Below, one piece after another: positions 12,074 through 25,700 of a stretch of 64,000 nucleotides of DNA (positions are counted from its first letter, which is position 1; every line of letters starts with the position of its first letter). The notes below the pieces were generated by a model. It made no database searches, had not been told where the DNA came from, and saw only the letters and a program-made list of their open reading frames with translations. The DNA is from Tubulanus polymorphus. Lineage: Eukaryota; Animalia; Nemertea. Made by a program: the position numbers and the translations under genes. The DNA lies in the NCBI RefSeq assembly GCF_964204645.1, contig NC_134035.1:1240001-1304000 (forward strand), read 5' to 3'.

Positions 12074-13320
12074 TGTTTGAGTGCCCTTTTTCATGTTGCA
12101 ACATACATTGTGCATTACAGCGCAGGATTACACCATGTATTGCCTTTTTGGACATCAATGAATCTTTTGGGATGCGACAAGTGCTTCAAGTGTAAACACA
12201 ACTAATTCGAACCATCTACGAACTCAAACAGAAGAACATATTCACATTGATACAAACTGCGACCGAGTGACGACTTAAAAACACTATTAATTTCACCTCA
12301 AACAACATGGCTTCATGTGGATTGATTTTGACGACAATTGAACTGGCGATACTGAGAGACTTTCTCGTTAAAAACACTTAGTTTTACTTAAAACATGGCT
12401 TCACACGATAACATTATTTCAGATGATGATTGGACCGACGATAACAGATGCCGTTGACAAGCGCAGGCGATCACACATAGATGGACAAAATGTCAATTTG
12501 TGAATCGATGATTTTCAGGAATGACCCGCAGGTAACGATAGGTTTTGCTGCGAAGATGGATGATAAATGAACGCGGACTCGAAAAATGTCTGGTCTTGTC
12601 ATCTGGTGGGCGAAATTCAAATACCACAAGTCACGCGACTGTCGGGAAGCTTGTTGTCATACGTCGGTTTGAAGCAAGTCGAAAATAGAAACAAATAAAA
12701 TAGAAACTTCGAAAATACACGCGACAAAAAAACAAACAAAACCGAATCAGACTAAACTAGTCAGAATGTTTATATACGCAGGGATCAAGAAGCCACAATT
12801 GATCGATTTCATCGTCTACAACGAACAGCAAATAAATGGATTCTGAGAAATGTAAAAAAGAAATCATATACGAAGGAACAAACATGAATAAGGTCGCGTA
12901 TTTGATGATACATTATTTCGGTTCTATTCATAGAAAAACCTCGTAGGCGCCGACTGAAAAATTAATGTAGATTCGAACGGATCGAACGCGAACACACGGA
13001 ATTGATCGAAATGTTATATTTACGGCGCAAACGCCGCGCCGCACCGCGCTGGAAAACCGTTCGCGAGAACGAAAACTTTCGAAAAAATGGAAATCCATAC
13101 AAAGTAAATTAAGAGAAAAGCCGGCGAACGACGACGAACGTCGAGAGAATTGAAAGAACGGCGACTGATTGCAATTTACGGACGAACGCGCGTTAAATGA
13201 AATGTCTTCTTCATCTTTCATTTTTACTATTCTTTGATTTTCGTCTGAAATCACGCATTATCTACAAACAGTGGGTCGCAAAACATGTATTATATAAAAC
13301 AGTGGGTCGCAAAACAAGGG

Positions 13321-13598
13321 CAGGGTGGCTACTTTCGTTTGACTCGCTTTTACCCTATTCCCTGACATGCACGTTGTTTTCCCTGACTCGATCTGCTAAG
13401 AATCAAATCAATTAACGCAGTCAAATATGTAAGACATAGAAGGAAACTGTTTGATTTCACATATCGTGATCAGCAATTTCAACAAATTTCACTTTTTCCT
13501 GATTTCTTACTTTAGCAGGCGATCTGACGATGTCACAGGGGGGAGATATAGGCCTCCAGAAACCTTCCTAAATACAGGCCCGATTTAGGTAACCACTG
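13321..13598 (+). mobile_element. MITE family C (CAGGGTGGCCACTT TIR, hAT-like end)
   Basis: Shares ttccctgactt.atctgctaagaat.aatcaattaac.cagtcaaata with the copies at 20112, 44616, 60940 and 63600. Confidence 0.7.
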
Positions 13599-14019
13599 AC
13601 GAGAAATCTGCTTCACGATATCATTGGCTAACAGTTTTGTTAATCTTTTTTGCAGAGTTTTTAAAAAACTAGAAATGCGATATCTCGCTGTGTAGGGATG
13701 GACCACACAAATTACCGATAGGATATCATTTCGTGGAATATTCTTCGTACTGTCGCCAAAACAACTTGAAAAATGATATCGAATTACTGACTAATTACAG
13801 CCGTAGACATCGGGAGCCCCAAACAAAACACGATTCTTTATCCATTGAAAAAAACGAAAAATATAATCTGCTAACCGGATTATATGAAATATCAGCTTCA
13901 TTGAATGAGATTGAGTTTACGAGACGTTGTTAAATCTGTTCGGTAAACAACCTCGGTTTTTATAGACATAAATCATAAGCCTTTGTATTTTCGGTTTTAT
14001 ACCTCGAGAAAATTCCCTG

Positions 14020-14455
14020 ATAAAATGTCTGATGTCTGGTGTGCGCGTTTCATTTTCAATTAAAAATGTCTCGTGTGAAGCACTGAACACATGTGAAGTG
14101 TGCACGATCAGTTTTTGAAAGCGTGCCGATTAAATGTCTAATTTCTATGTTTTTGGCGATTTTTGATTTGCCTCTGGTGAAGTCCTTAACACATTGTGAA
14201 GTGTGGACGATCAGTTTTTGAAAGTGTCTGTCTGGTGTTTGTAGTTCATTTTCAGTTTATGTCTCAGGTAAAGCACTGAACACATGTGAAGTTTTGAGAG
14301 TATGCACTGATTTACATATCTAATACTTGATGTTTGTAGTTCATTTTTAATCAAAAAAGCCTGAAAAACAGTGAAGTTCTGGAAACAGTCATGCATAGGT
14401 GTGGACGATCGGTCTTTAAGAAAGTGTGCTGATAAAATGTCTAATATCTGAGTAT
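14020..14455 (+). repeat. Dispersed satellite family E, about 110-bp unit
   Basis: Unit gaacacatgtgaagtgtggacgatcagtttttgaaagtgtgctgataaaatgtctaatatctggtgtttgtagttcattttcaatt...; about 4 degenerate copies. Confidence 0.85.
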
Positions 14456-14765
14456 TTGGTCTGTGGACGTAGATTAATACTGCATGAAATTGACAGGAAT
14501 CTCACAGCAATCACTCGTAAGTGATAGAACGTGGGCTGATGTCACAATCACCGATCAAAACGCTACCCGGCATCAGTATATACGACGAACAGAAGGTGAA
14601 CATTAAAAATACGTCTGATCTCGTAAACGAGAAAGAAAATCGTCCTGGAAACCGTCCGCAGACGACAACAATGACAACGAAGCTCAGTCGATCCTTAAAC
14701 ACGATTTATCAATAAAACACTACAACCAGATGAAACTTCAATGAAAGTCTGGAAGAGAACCGGTG

Positions 14766-14872
14766 CCTGTAACCACCGATCCCTGATCGACGCCTGTAAC
14801 CACCGATCCCTGATCGACGCCTGTAACCACCGATCCCTGATCGGCCCCTGTAACCACCGATCCCTGATCGGT
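14766..14872. repeat. 27-bp tandem repeat x4
   Basis: cctgtaaccaccgatccctgatcgacg. Confidence 0.95.
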
Positions 14873-16260
14873 GTCACAACAATAACAACGTCACACAATA
14901 TAACCATTAGTTAATGACCATGTGCGTGAGAGCGGTTGATCCCAAACATACTTCACTGTGACAGCAACATAGGTAAGCACTTAACATCACAAACATCAGA
15001 GTTTCCAGTTGTAAGCGAAAGTTATATTCAACACGGTGTTTATTCTAAATCTTTTTAAAAGGCTACCTCAAAGACTGCTGCTATGATCAACTGGAAGTAA
15101 AACGTAAATCGATTCAGACCTGGGGGGGGGGGGGGTTCGGGTGTTTGAATGCCCTTTTGAATATCAAAGGTGAAAAATTCCAGCCGACATTGATCTATGA
15201 TGAAAGTCCACAATACTTCTTAAAGCCCCCTGCAAGCACATTGTACGTTCGGCGCTTACCAGGACACACACCGCAACTTTAAAGTGGCTTTTTCGTACTA
15301 GAGGAACCCCCCTTTCTACCCGCCTGGATCAGACCCCCCTTTCTACCAGACTGGATCCGATACTGAGTAGAGTAAAATGTGAATCTTGAAAATGTTTTTG
15401 GAGCAGCTTATGAGAATAATCGGTTTCAGTATTCAGGATTTAAAAATCAACTTGAAAGTTGAGATTGAACAAATTTTGATTATCGATGAACTGAGTTCAC
15501 CATTCTCTCTATCATATATCACTGTTATATCGTAACACTTAAATGTTACCTCTTTTTTCATATCACCTTTAATGGAAATATAATGTGAAAATATATTACA
15601 CCGCTCGTGACGTGGCATGGCGTGGGTGCCACAAACTTCTAAGCGTCGCCAAAAAAAAAATGGATAAATTCATGAAAAAATCATTCCAGGAATAGATACC
15701 TGTATAATGTAAAATGATTGACTGTAAAAACTAATCTCAATCTGCTGAGTGTTTTTCTTTTACATTAGTAAAATTGAAATGCTTGCCAGGGGGTCCTTCA
15801 TACGGTCCCTGACATGCTACTTAAATATACTTGACGGTAGGTTAGACTTAGTCATAGCTAATACTAACTATTTCTAATATTAACATATATCAATAATATT
15901 AACTTATATCAATACAAGGAGGATTAGGTTCCCAACACTTCTAATTAATTGTCCAAACCATTGACCATCAGCGAAATATGTTGTGGATATTCTGACCTAT
16001 AAAAATACCAAAATAAAGTCAGAGTGACCACTTTCCGCCCGGTTTTCTCTGCAAGTCAGCCATCTTGAATTGGATTACTTTCATTATTGAATAACGCCAC
16101 CACGCGCCAATGTAAAAATTGAAGATTTCATCGCATCTGTTTTTTTTAATCATCCATGTAATGCAAACTTCACTTCAAGCAAAATCTGCGATTTCATCCG
16201 AGGGATATTATTAATATTCACAATGAAATCAAACTGACTGTGACAAAGTCACAACTTTAA

Positions 16261-16392
16261 AAGAGTTAACAGTGGTAGTAGTCAGCCAAAGAGTTAACAT
16301 TGGTAGTAGTCAGCCAATGAGTTAACAGTGGTAGTAGTCAGCCAATGAGTTAACAGTGGTAGTAGTCAGCCAAAGAGTTAACAGTAGTAGTC
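16261..16392. repeat. 28-bp tandem repeat x4.5
   Basis: aagagttaacagtggtagtagtcagcca. Confidence 0.95.
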
Positions 16393-16999
16393 TGTCAAAT
16401 GAAAGAGTTCGAAAGTGAACTTTTTTGGTTTTTTTTTTCTTTCTTAAAGGAGAAACTAAGAAATGTAAACATGTGCCGTCAGTTGAAATGAATCGACGCA
16501 ATAACTGTCAAGGAAGACGCGTGCCACCGCACTGTGCCCGGGCCGTGACGCATAAATCAAAACGACAAATAGAATAGACAAAAAAAATCGAAATTCCGAC
16601 CCAATCGAAGAAACAATAATCGCTATAGTCAACACGATCTATAGTCGTCGTTGTTATCGCGGTTGAGAGATTGATCGGGCGAAAAAAATGGCCGTTTTTT
16701 ACGAGCGCATAAAGCAAAGGTCGCGTCTGAATACGGAGGTAGGTTATGTCAACAGCGGCGTGCGTGCCAAAATCAAAACCCTTCCTTGTTTAACGCTTTA
16801 AGTCTGCGATCCGATCCGAGAGACATGTTTGTGTCGGCGATAACTTACGTACGTGAAAAAAAAGATGACCAAAAAAATCGTTGAATGTTTAACGGAACAA
16901 TGGCATCTTATGGTTGAAGAGTTTTTCAACCGATCGAGTTTTCAACAACGATGAATTCTTTTACTTGTTTTTACTAGCGATACAAAACTCATCAGACAT

Positions 17000-17325
17000 T
17001 CAATACTTATATCAGCACACTTTCAAAGACCGCTTGTCCTTCTCTTCACTTCGATACTTTACCATACGTACTTACTTCTTTCTATCATTCACATATTGGA
17101 ACTTTTATCAGACACACTTTCAAAAACTGATCGTCCACACTTCACATGTGTACTGAACTTCACCTGAGACATTTTCGATTGAAAATGAACTACAAACACC
17201 AGAAATTAGATCAGCACACTAACTGATCGTCCACATGTCACATGTGTTCAGAACTTTTTGATAACTAACGGTACAAACATCAAACATTAGACATTTTATC
17301 AGCACACTTTCAAAAACTGATGATA
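17000..17325 (-). repeat. Satellite family E, reverse orientation
   Basis: ttatcagcacactttcaaaaactgatcgtccacacttcacatgtg repeated. Confidence 0.85.
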
Positions 17326-18494
17326 TTCCAAGCTTAACACGGATGGAAATACTGAGAGGGTTCCAGACTGGCTGCAGATGGTCCAAGTTGGGTCCAGACA
17401 GCAGATTGTCTCAGGGACTGGAGGGAGGGTGTTGGCGGATAGTTTCGGGCTAAATATCGAAACCAGCTTCACAATCAAACGAATAAACGCATCGTGTGCG
17501 GCTTCTGTCAATTAGTATATATATTTGATATATATGCAGAGCTACCGTATAGACTGAGACACTGGCATACATCAGAATTCAAGTTTGTTTAAAATTGAAA
17601 ATGATAACGAGGTCAAGGCGCCGTCGATTTTTTCGTTCCACTCCGCCACCGCCGCCGAATACAAGTGTGACGCGGCTCAATGGTGTTGACGACAATAAAC
17701 GAGGGGGGCCTGCGGTTACGATTTCAAAACACAAGTCATGTCGCACAATTGTATCGTGTTGTACGGTGGGAGCCCGGGCTTTATCGAAACGACGACGACG
17801 ACGAATCAAAGAAAACTATCACAATCGGGTGTCGTCGGTTTTTTTCCGCCGGGATATAACGATCGGGAAAATAGGCGCGCGTTCTCTTCCGCTTAGTTAT
17901 TGTTCCGCACTCGGTGCGCGTTTAACGTTTTAAATGTCAACGAACTGCCGCGCGATTGTTACGATTGCTACGATTGTTCGACACGTTTCATTGTCAATAA
18001 TGTGACAAAAAATAAACACATCAACCGAAAAGAAGAATTGAAACAGAAAGATTAAGCGTATTCATTTCTAGTTCTAGAGTCTTGTTTAAAGTAGAACAAG
18101 TCTTTGATTTGATAGTAACTAATATCGCTGCCAGTTCCCGCGATTATTATGAGAATCTACTGTTGTATTTTACTAAATAAAACCTTTTGAACATCGAATA
18201 TCGAACGGAAAATAACGAGCTTTTTTAGCTGAAACTCGAGACGAACGCAGCCCGCAACCACACCTTCAGTCATTCTCAATTGTTTTGAAAGCGCGCTGAT
18301 AAAATTCTACATTAAAACCCGCTATATAGAAATTCATCGTTCAAAAATTGAAATCAGAGGACATGAGGTTTAGTATTCTCTCTCTAGAGACTGTTATCAC
18401 CTCTATCGCCTGAAATACCTTTTGAATTTCTTTGTGGGATATATATAAACTCAAAATCTATTCTTGACATCTTGAGAGTGGCTATTCTGGTGGT

Positions 18495-18650
18495 TGATAA
18501 AATGTCTCAGATGAAGTACTGAACACATGTGAAGTGTGAACGAACAGTTTTTGAAAGTGTTCTGATAAAATGTCTAATATCTGGTGTTTGTAGTTCATTT
18601 TCAATTAAAAATGTCTGAGGTGAAGCACTGAACATATGTGAAGTGTGAAA
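18495..18650 (+). repeat. Satellite family E, about 1.5 units
   Basis: gaacacatgtgaag at 18521 and again at about 18630. Confidence 0.85.
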
Positions 18651-19529
18651 CATTTGCAGAATGGTGACGATCCACGCTGCAGACTCATATGTGCATACGG
18701 TACTCGGTAAGCTGCCCTGACCTATTCTAATACGGACTGAGTGGCCAAAATCGACGCCACCACCAAAACTAGTTAAGCCAACACATAGGGGGGGGGGGGG
18801 GCAAAGGTAGGTTGGATGTTTGTTTATTGTCAGTTGTGCCTAATAACACGATAACAGCTATTTTGATCAATATGACACAAGAGAAGTTGAAAGTGAAGAG
18901 AAGGTGAAAGTGAAGTACTGGTAGTAAGACGAGATTTACGTAACGACTGAATTATAACGTACGGTTTATAGCATGTCCTTGGGGGTGTAACTCGATGATA
19001 CCGTACTACATCGGTGTTTGGGTTAATTGGCCGCTAAACTTTTTTTAAACGGTTACAATCATTATTTCGCCGCGTAGCTTCGGTAACGCGATAGTTCGAG
19101 TCGCATTTCTAGGTATCAACGTACGATTGAAACATATCTGAGGTGTCTGTAGTAAAAAATTAACAACATTGTTGAAATAGAAACTGATTCACGTTTTTAG
19201 CAACACGACGAACATCTTTCTTGTTGTGTACACGCGCACGTATCTAGAAACGGAAAGCGCCGCGTTTGTTTCGTGCGAAAATCAGACGGTTTTTAAAGAA
19301 GAAAAATTTGTTAATATCTATCTTCGATTTCCGTAGTTTAAAGATCGATCGAATGCAAATATAGAACGTTTGTTATACAGCTACACCCCGTAAAATTCAC
19401 GAGGAACAAATGCGGCTATGTACGATTCTGAAAACCATTTTATTGTTCAGTCTAAGCGTATTACTTGTAAATTTGCGTTCACTTTGCGAAACTTGGCCAA
19501 AATAATCATCGATCTATCAGGCCGATTCA

Positions 19530-19765
19530 AGCCGTGATCGCGCGAGCATTTTTGGCCTGACCAAATTCAAGACCAAACCAAATTTTAGCACGGGACAAAC
19601 TATTGCATGTGAATTACAACTGGTTCCGGACTGGTTCTGGTTACTTTGATTTGTTTAAGCATTGTTAAGTATCAAGTGAGTGCGTTACATGTGTTCTCTA
19701 ATTAGGCACGGGCCAAATTTGACTCCGGCTGATCCGAGCGAAATCATCGCCGTGTGAACGTGGTT
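19530..19765. mobile_element. MITE family H (AGCCGCGATC-type TIR)
   Basis: Reverse-complement homologous to 34734-35018 (gcacggg.caaa, gtgaattacaactg, aattaggcacgggccaaatt). Confidence 0.6.
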
Positions 19766-20111
19766 ATAATCATTCAGTTCAAACATTCTTTTATTTACGG
19801 TATCTAAAATCCATAATCAAACTCGAACCCAATTTTAACAGCGCTCAATTTGTAAATTGTCCGCTTAATTTGAGAACCATGGAAAATACTCTCAATTTTA
19901 TGATCTATTCGTGGCTTGGAACGAACCTGAATTCCGCACTTTACAAAACACCAATAAAGTCTAAATAGAAATCTCTGGGAAATACGGCACATTAAAAACC
20001 GATTCACTGCGAATTTTTCTCACCGACTTAAATGTAGATTTTGAAATTCCACACAGTCCCACTCCCCGCCTTCTGACAAACGCCAATTCCTCACACCACC
20101 GCACGCTTATT

Positions 20112-20338
20112 CAAGGTGGCCACTTATTATTTCGACTTGATTTTCCCGTGACTATTGCCTGACATACACTTGTTTTTCCTGACTTGATCTGCTAAGAATC
20201 CAATCAATTAACACAGTCAAATACGTAAGACATAGACAGAAAGTGGCAACTTATTTCCTTGAGTTCTTTACTGATTTTTAGCTTTTTATTACAAAATTCC
20301 TCGACTTTTCCCCGATTCCCGGGTAAGTGGCCACCCCT
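20112..20338 (+). mobile_element. MITE family C
   Basis: CAAGGTGGCCACTT ... AAGTGGCCACCC terminal inverted repeats. Confidence 0.75.
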
Positions 20339-20720
20339 AAGAAAGTTTCACGAACAAATATTACCAGACTTTAACTAGCGTCTAGAATATTCGAAAAGTC
20401 TGGTGGTGTCTAGTTCATTTTTAATATAACAACACTTGATCGATTCAATTCACAGTTTTCAAACACACCCAAAAACAATTTCACTAGATCAAAAACTAGC
20501 TACGAACTTCTATTGATAATTTCATGAAAGCGAAACGTGGACTTTATTTCTCTTTCTTTATTTCGCCCTCACTGTGGAAGGAAAACACCCGAAATGAAGA
20601 ATTGAGCATAAGTCAGGTACACACTACTATATAAATACCAGAATGAAGTTCAACAATTCTGGCCTAGGATTTCAATCCAGGATTCAAATTGCAAATGAAC
20701 TCATTCTACTCAAATATAAC

Positions 20721-20995
20721 CAGTGACATCACAGGCACTCAGTACTAACAACTAACCTCAACCCTAGGTCAGGTGACCAGTGACATCACAGCCACTCAGT
20801 ACTAGCAGCCAACCCTAACCCTAGGTCATGTGATCAGTGACATCACAGGCACTCAGTACTCGCAGCTAACCCTAACCCTAGGTCAGGTGACCAGTGACAT
20901 CACAGCCACTCAGGGCCAGCAGTTAACCCTTACCCTAGGTCAAATGACCAGTGACATCACATACACTCAGTACTAGCATCTAACCAGGTCAATTG
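20721..20995. repeat. 57-bp minisatellite x about 5, containing a TAACCCTAACCCTA motif
   Basis: Units start at 20721, 20778, 20835, 20892 and 20949. Confidence 0.9.
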
Positions 20996-22634
20996 ACAGT
21001 GGAGTGACCAACCACAACTAAGCCTTCAATAAATTCAATGTATTTATTGTTATCTTCTGTTGAAATGGATGGAATAATTTCTATAATCACAGTAGAAACT
21101 AGTATCAGATGACCACTAGTACTAGAAACTATTATCAGATGACCACTGGTGCACCAAAATATTCATTAGCATTAGAACTTTGTTTTTCCTCCTTCACTTT
21201 ACCTTTTTATCAGTCAATATGATACCAATACATTGTGTATAGTTAATTCTAAAAATTCACTGAAGAAATAAACACTAAATTCTAGCTATCAGTAGTTTTT
21301 TTCACACGCGAGCACCATCCCCTAAACTATCAAATTCCAATATGACTTATAGCGTGTTGCAAGGGTGTGTAAAATTATTGACCAGGTTTTTTTTATGACA
21401 TGTATATCGAACAAGGCGCGCTCGGTGATGGCGGCGGCTGTTGTTGTTGCCACTTGAAAAACGAGAGAAAAAAATCACAAAGATCATTTACACAATCGGA
21501 GGGTTATGTTCGATTGTATCATTGTGAAGAGTTTCATCGATTCATAAAACGTCGATATTAGAAAGAAAGTGAGTAATGAATACTGCTACTTGTCGCATCG
21601 ATTTATGAAAAAAAATCTAAAAAAAAAACAAAACAACCCTGTAATCGACCGAATATTTGAAATGAGAAGTAAAACCCTGAGTTCAGCAATATTTTATCTA
21701 TTTATTCATGGATTTTAAAAGCGATTTTAGAGTCAGTGTACAATGTATTTGGTAAAACAATCATCGGCATAAGTTTCAGTAAACAAGCATACAAAATAAC
21801 TGATTTTCCATTATTGTCGGTCCCATAAGACTTTTAAATGACAATTTGGTAAAATCTAACGACAATTTTCTGCAAATTAAGTGCCATAGAAGTATTTGGT
21901 TTTATTTCATCAAATCTATCACTTTTATTCAATAAAAAAACATTTGGTTTTGTTTGTAATTTCAACACTATATTTTGACTTCAAAATATCCACAAAATTG
22001 GCAAATTATCGTCACAACATGGACAGCGTTTTATCAATGGCGATATTAGTTAAATTTACCGGTAAAATCTTTTCTTTAGCCGCCAGCAACAATCCTTATA
22101 TTTATTCAATAGTTTTGCTAGGAGTTTCGAAAAAATATCGGGCTTTAGATTAAGACAATTGGAAAAAAAATGTAACAGCCAATATAGATTTTCAAAGAGT
22201 ATGCATACACCTGAGGCAAGACAATTATATATTGTATTTCAAAAGAATAACTTGAAATGTAAACAAAAAAAATAAACAATCATCATAAAGAGAACGTTTC
22301 TTTCTCAGAAGTCAACACCATTTACGATAGATTTTATGAAATCTGCATCAATAGTATCAAGGCGTGTTTGAAATGAATTCTCAAAATCAATGTTTGTAAA
22401 AAAAAAGCTGACTGTTAGACCAATGCATTCATTCTCCCGTCAAAAACAATGTTTCAGGGTTTTTATTCAGTTAACATAAACCTTCCATGTTGGCCAACGA
22501 AGTATCAATGATATAGGCTTCATCAATTTGAGAAATTTGAGAAATATTTTGTCGCAAACAAAATTAATCTTTAGGCAAACCAGATATCAACCTGCCACTT
22601 TGAGTAACGATTTTTTACAACGTGGTGCAGAAGT

Positions 22635-22970
22635 GTCCAATGTCTGGTGTTTGTAGTTAGTTTCCGATTGGAAAAGTCTAAAATTAACACATGTGAAGTG
22701 TGGATGATCAGTTTTTGCAAACGTGCTGATAAAATGTCTAATATCTGGTGTTTGTTGAGTTCATTTTCCATTAAACATGTCTCAGTTGAATTCCAGAACA
22801 CATGTGAAGTGTGGACGATCAGTTTTTGGGGAAGGCATGCACACATGTGAAGTGTGCACGATCAGTTTTGAAAAGTGCGCTGATAAAATGTTCAATGTCT
22901 GGAGTTTTAAATTAATTTCACATTATAAATGTCTCAGGTGAAGCACCGAACACACAAAGTATGGACGATC
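22635..22970 (+). repeat. Satellite family E, about 3 units
   Basis: Same 110-bp unit as at 14020. Confidence 0.85.
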
Positions 22971-24059
22971 ACAAATATGAATGAATTTTGATGCGAGACA
23001 GGACATTCCCTAAAACAATTCTACCATCGCTCAGCACCACGCGCAGCTTGTGTACAGCCTTGAAAAAATAGAATATAAACTAAAAATAAATCCGAACACT
23101 TCGCCAACCAGACTGTCAGCTTGTCGTCGCTGACATTTATGGAATTTCGGATATTGATTTTCATATCCTCTCAACGAACGATAGAAAGTTTGTATATAAA
23201 CCGCTAAATCTTTTGTTATTCGCTCGGAGATACATCGCGTCGATCGACAACATCGTCCAGAGATAATTCATTGAAACTAAATTCAAGTTAACGAAATCTT
23301 CGTCGTTGAAAGGATTGTAATGTCATGTTTTTTTTTTCGGTTTCATTTTGGGAATCGAATGAAATCCGTCCCGAACGATTCATTGAATGGAAGAAACGTC
23401 GAATTTTCTCCTAAATCACAAATACGAACGAGCTCAGGAAATTTTTTTCTCACAGTCAAATGAAGTGCGGAACACCAGATCATTACCTCTACGATATGAA
23501 TCATGAAAAAAAACCGACCAATCACAACCCTAGCACGATGTCACATGATTGCCTACAACCTTAAGATAGCCATGCCAAGGTCACCTCACTGGTGATGAGT
23601 CGATGTCAAGGTCAGTTGATTATAACTAGCCAATGGGATCTTCAGATTCGTGAAATCGGGCCTAAACCAGCCAATCGCAAAGTGACACTTCTTCAGTTAA
23701 CAATGCGTAGAACCAGACATAGTATACTCTTCATGTAAAAACTCTTCTCAATTTTTACAGTGTAGTAGGTATTTCTGTATACAAGTATTACGTATTGCGA
23801 TTGAATTTTACATGAATTCGTGATGATTTCCCTTGTTTAACCGAGGCCAATCCCTCGATGAAATCGACACAATGTGACTCGATATTCTAATAACCTAAAG
23901 TAACAACTATAATAAATGCCTGATAAACAAAAACGTGAGAATCATTTGGATGAAATGCGTTGTTATATAAAAGCGTCTATTAACGAGCTATACCCCGTTC
24001 CTCTTCAGCTGTAAAAATTCACAGCTTGTTGATCTCATTAACAACGCTATAAGTGGTGT

Positions 24060-24490
24060 AACTGCGGTGGGATATTGGCACCGATATCATTGCAAGTGAG
24101 GATCCACTATCAGTAGGACATCAAGTACTGCGGAAATCAAGGATTCCACTAGTGGCAAGTGAGGATCCACTGCTGCTAGTGTGCAGTAGGACACAAACTA
24201 CTGTGGCAAGAGGATTCCATTCATGGCAAGTGAGGATCCACTAGGTGTCACTAGTGTGCAGTAGGACATCAACTTGTACTAGTACTAATAGAGGATACCA
24301 CTTGTGGCAAGTGAGGATCCACCAGGTGTCACTAGTGCACAGTAGGGTATCAACTGCTGCAGCAGACTAGAGATGCTTGTGCCAAGTGAGGATCCACCAG
24401 GTGTCACTAGTGTGCAGTGGGACATCAACTAGTACTGAAATAAAGAGGATACTACTTGTTGCAAGTGAGGATCCACCAGGTGCGCTAGTG
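24060..24490 (+). repeat. Minisatellite family D, about 6 units of 55-80 bp
   Basis: Repeated GCAAGTGAGGATCCAC core. Confidence 0.9.
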
Positions 24491-25334
24491 GTACCACTCT
24501 TTGATTTCTTCTACATTGCAATCCAACCCACAACTTTTAATCGCATTAGAATAAATCGATTATCAATAACTGTTATTCCACTTCTCTTAACAGCGACGGC
24601 AATACTTACTTTTCAGAACTTTAGTCTTAAAAGCTCTTAAAATATGCGCGCTTCGAATTAAACAGCATGACTCGAGATTATCTTAAACTGTCGCGAGATT
24701 CAGCGACTATTGCGATACGCCGGTTTTACGAGACGCAGCCGATCCGGTATCATTGACTGCCGTTCAGTTCATATCTCGAACATCAGTTCAACGAACACCG
24801 ACCGAACGTCGTTCAACGATTGACAGATTTATCTCCACGACGACAATCGGGCGATAAATCGGTGTCATTTATCGCGTTCTCCGTCGTCGTACGTGAAAAT
24901 TACGTCGACGAGGACTAGAAACGAGAAAAAAAAAAAAGAAACAGTTTCCGAAGAAATTCATTGTTTTCCGGCGTCGAAGCCGTTTTTCTTTTTCATCTCG
25001 ACGATCAGATTCGTCGATATATTCGCGTCGAGGCAAAAATCATCGGTTTTTCTAGAACGTTCTATGAGCGCGCTGAGTTAATTATCGATTCTATCTATCC
25101 GGTAAATGTCTTCGTTTTCATACTACTACAACGAGAGAAATAACTCCATTTGTCCACAATTTCAATGAGATTTCGCGGTTTGATAAAAATACGATCACCG
25201 TAATCGTTTTTCTAGCCCAATTACGCTCGACAACAAAACTCTGCGCAGATCGCGGTAATTTCATCCGGTTCTATGAATTAACGAAGAGTGTTCGTCACTT
25301 TAAAAGTCGATATCAGAGAGAGACATTGATACAC

Positions 25335-25700
25335 CAGGTGGATCCTCACTCGCCGCAGTAGCTTAAAACAGGTGGATCCTCACTCCGCGCAGTAGCTTAA
25401 AACAGGTGGATCCTTACTAGCCACTGTTGCCTAAAACAGTGGGATCCTCACTTGCCACAGTAGCCTGAAACAGGTGGATCCTTACTTGCCACGGTAGCCT
25501 TAAACAGGTGGATGCTCACTTGCCACAGTAGCTCAAAACAGGTGGATGCTCACCTGCCACAGTAGCTTAAAACAGGTGGATGCTCACTTGTCACAGTTGC
25601 ATGAAACATGCAGATCCACCTGCCACGATAAAAACATTGAACAGGTGGTTCCTCACTTGCCACAGTAGCGTAAAACCCGCAGATCCTCACCAGCCACAGT
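25335..25700 (-). repeat. Family D derivative with about 35-bp unit, x about 10
   Basis: aaacaggtggatcctcacttgccacagtagctta units (reverse complement of the D core). Confidence 0.9.

Noticed and set aside
17299-17511. Minus-strand ORF with WTIC as a possible further TSP1 exon
   Set aside because: It lacks the WxxxxWxxC...RxVxC pattern and convincing splice sites, and it runs into satellite E.
24060-25700. CRISPR-like appearance (conserved core with variable spacing)
   Set aside because: The intervening sequences are homologous to each other rather than unique spacers; there are no cas genes; the context is a eukaryotic intron.
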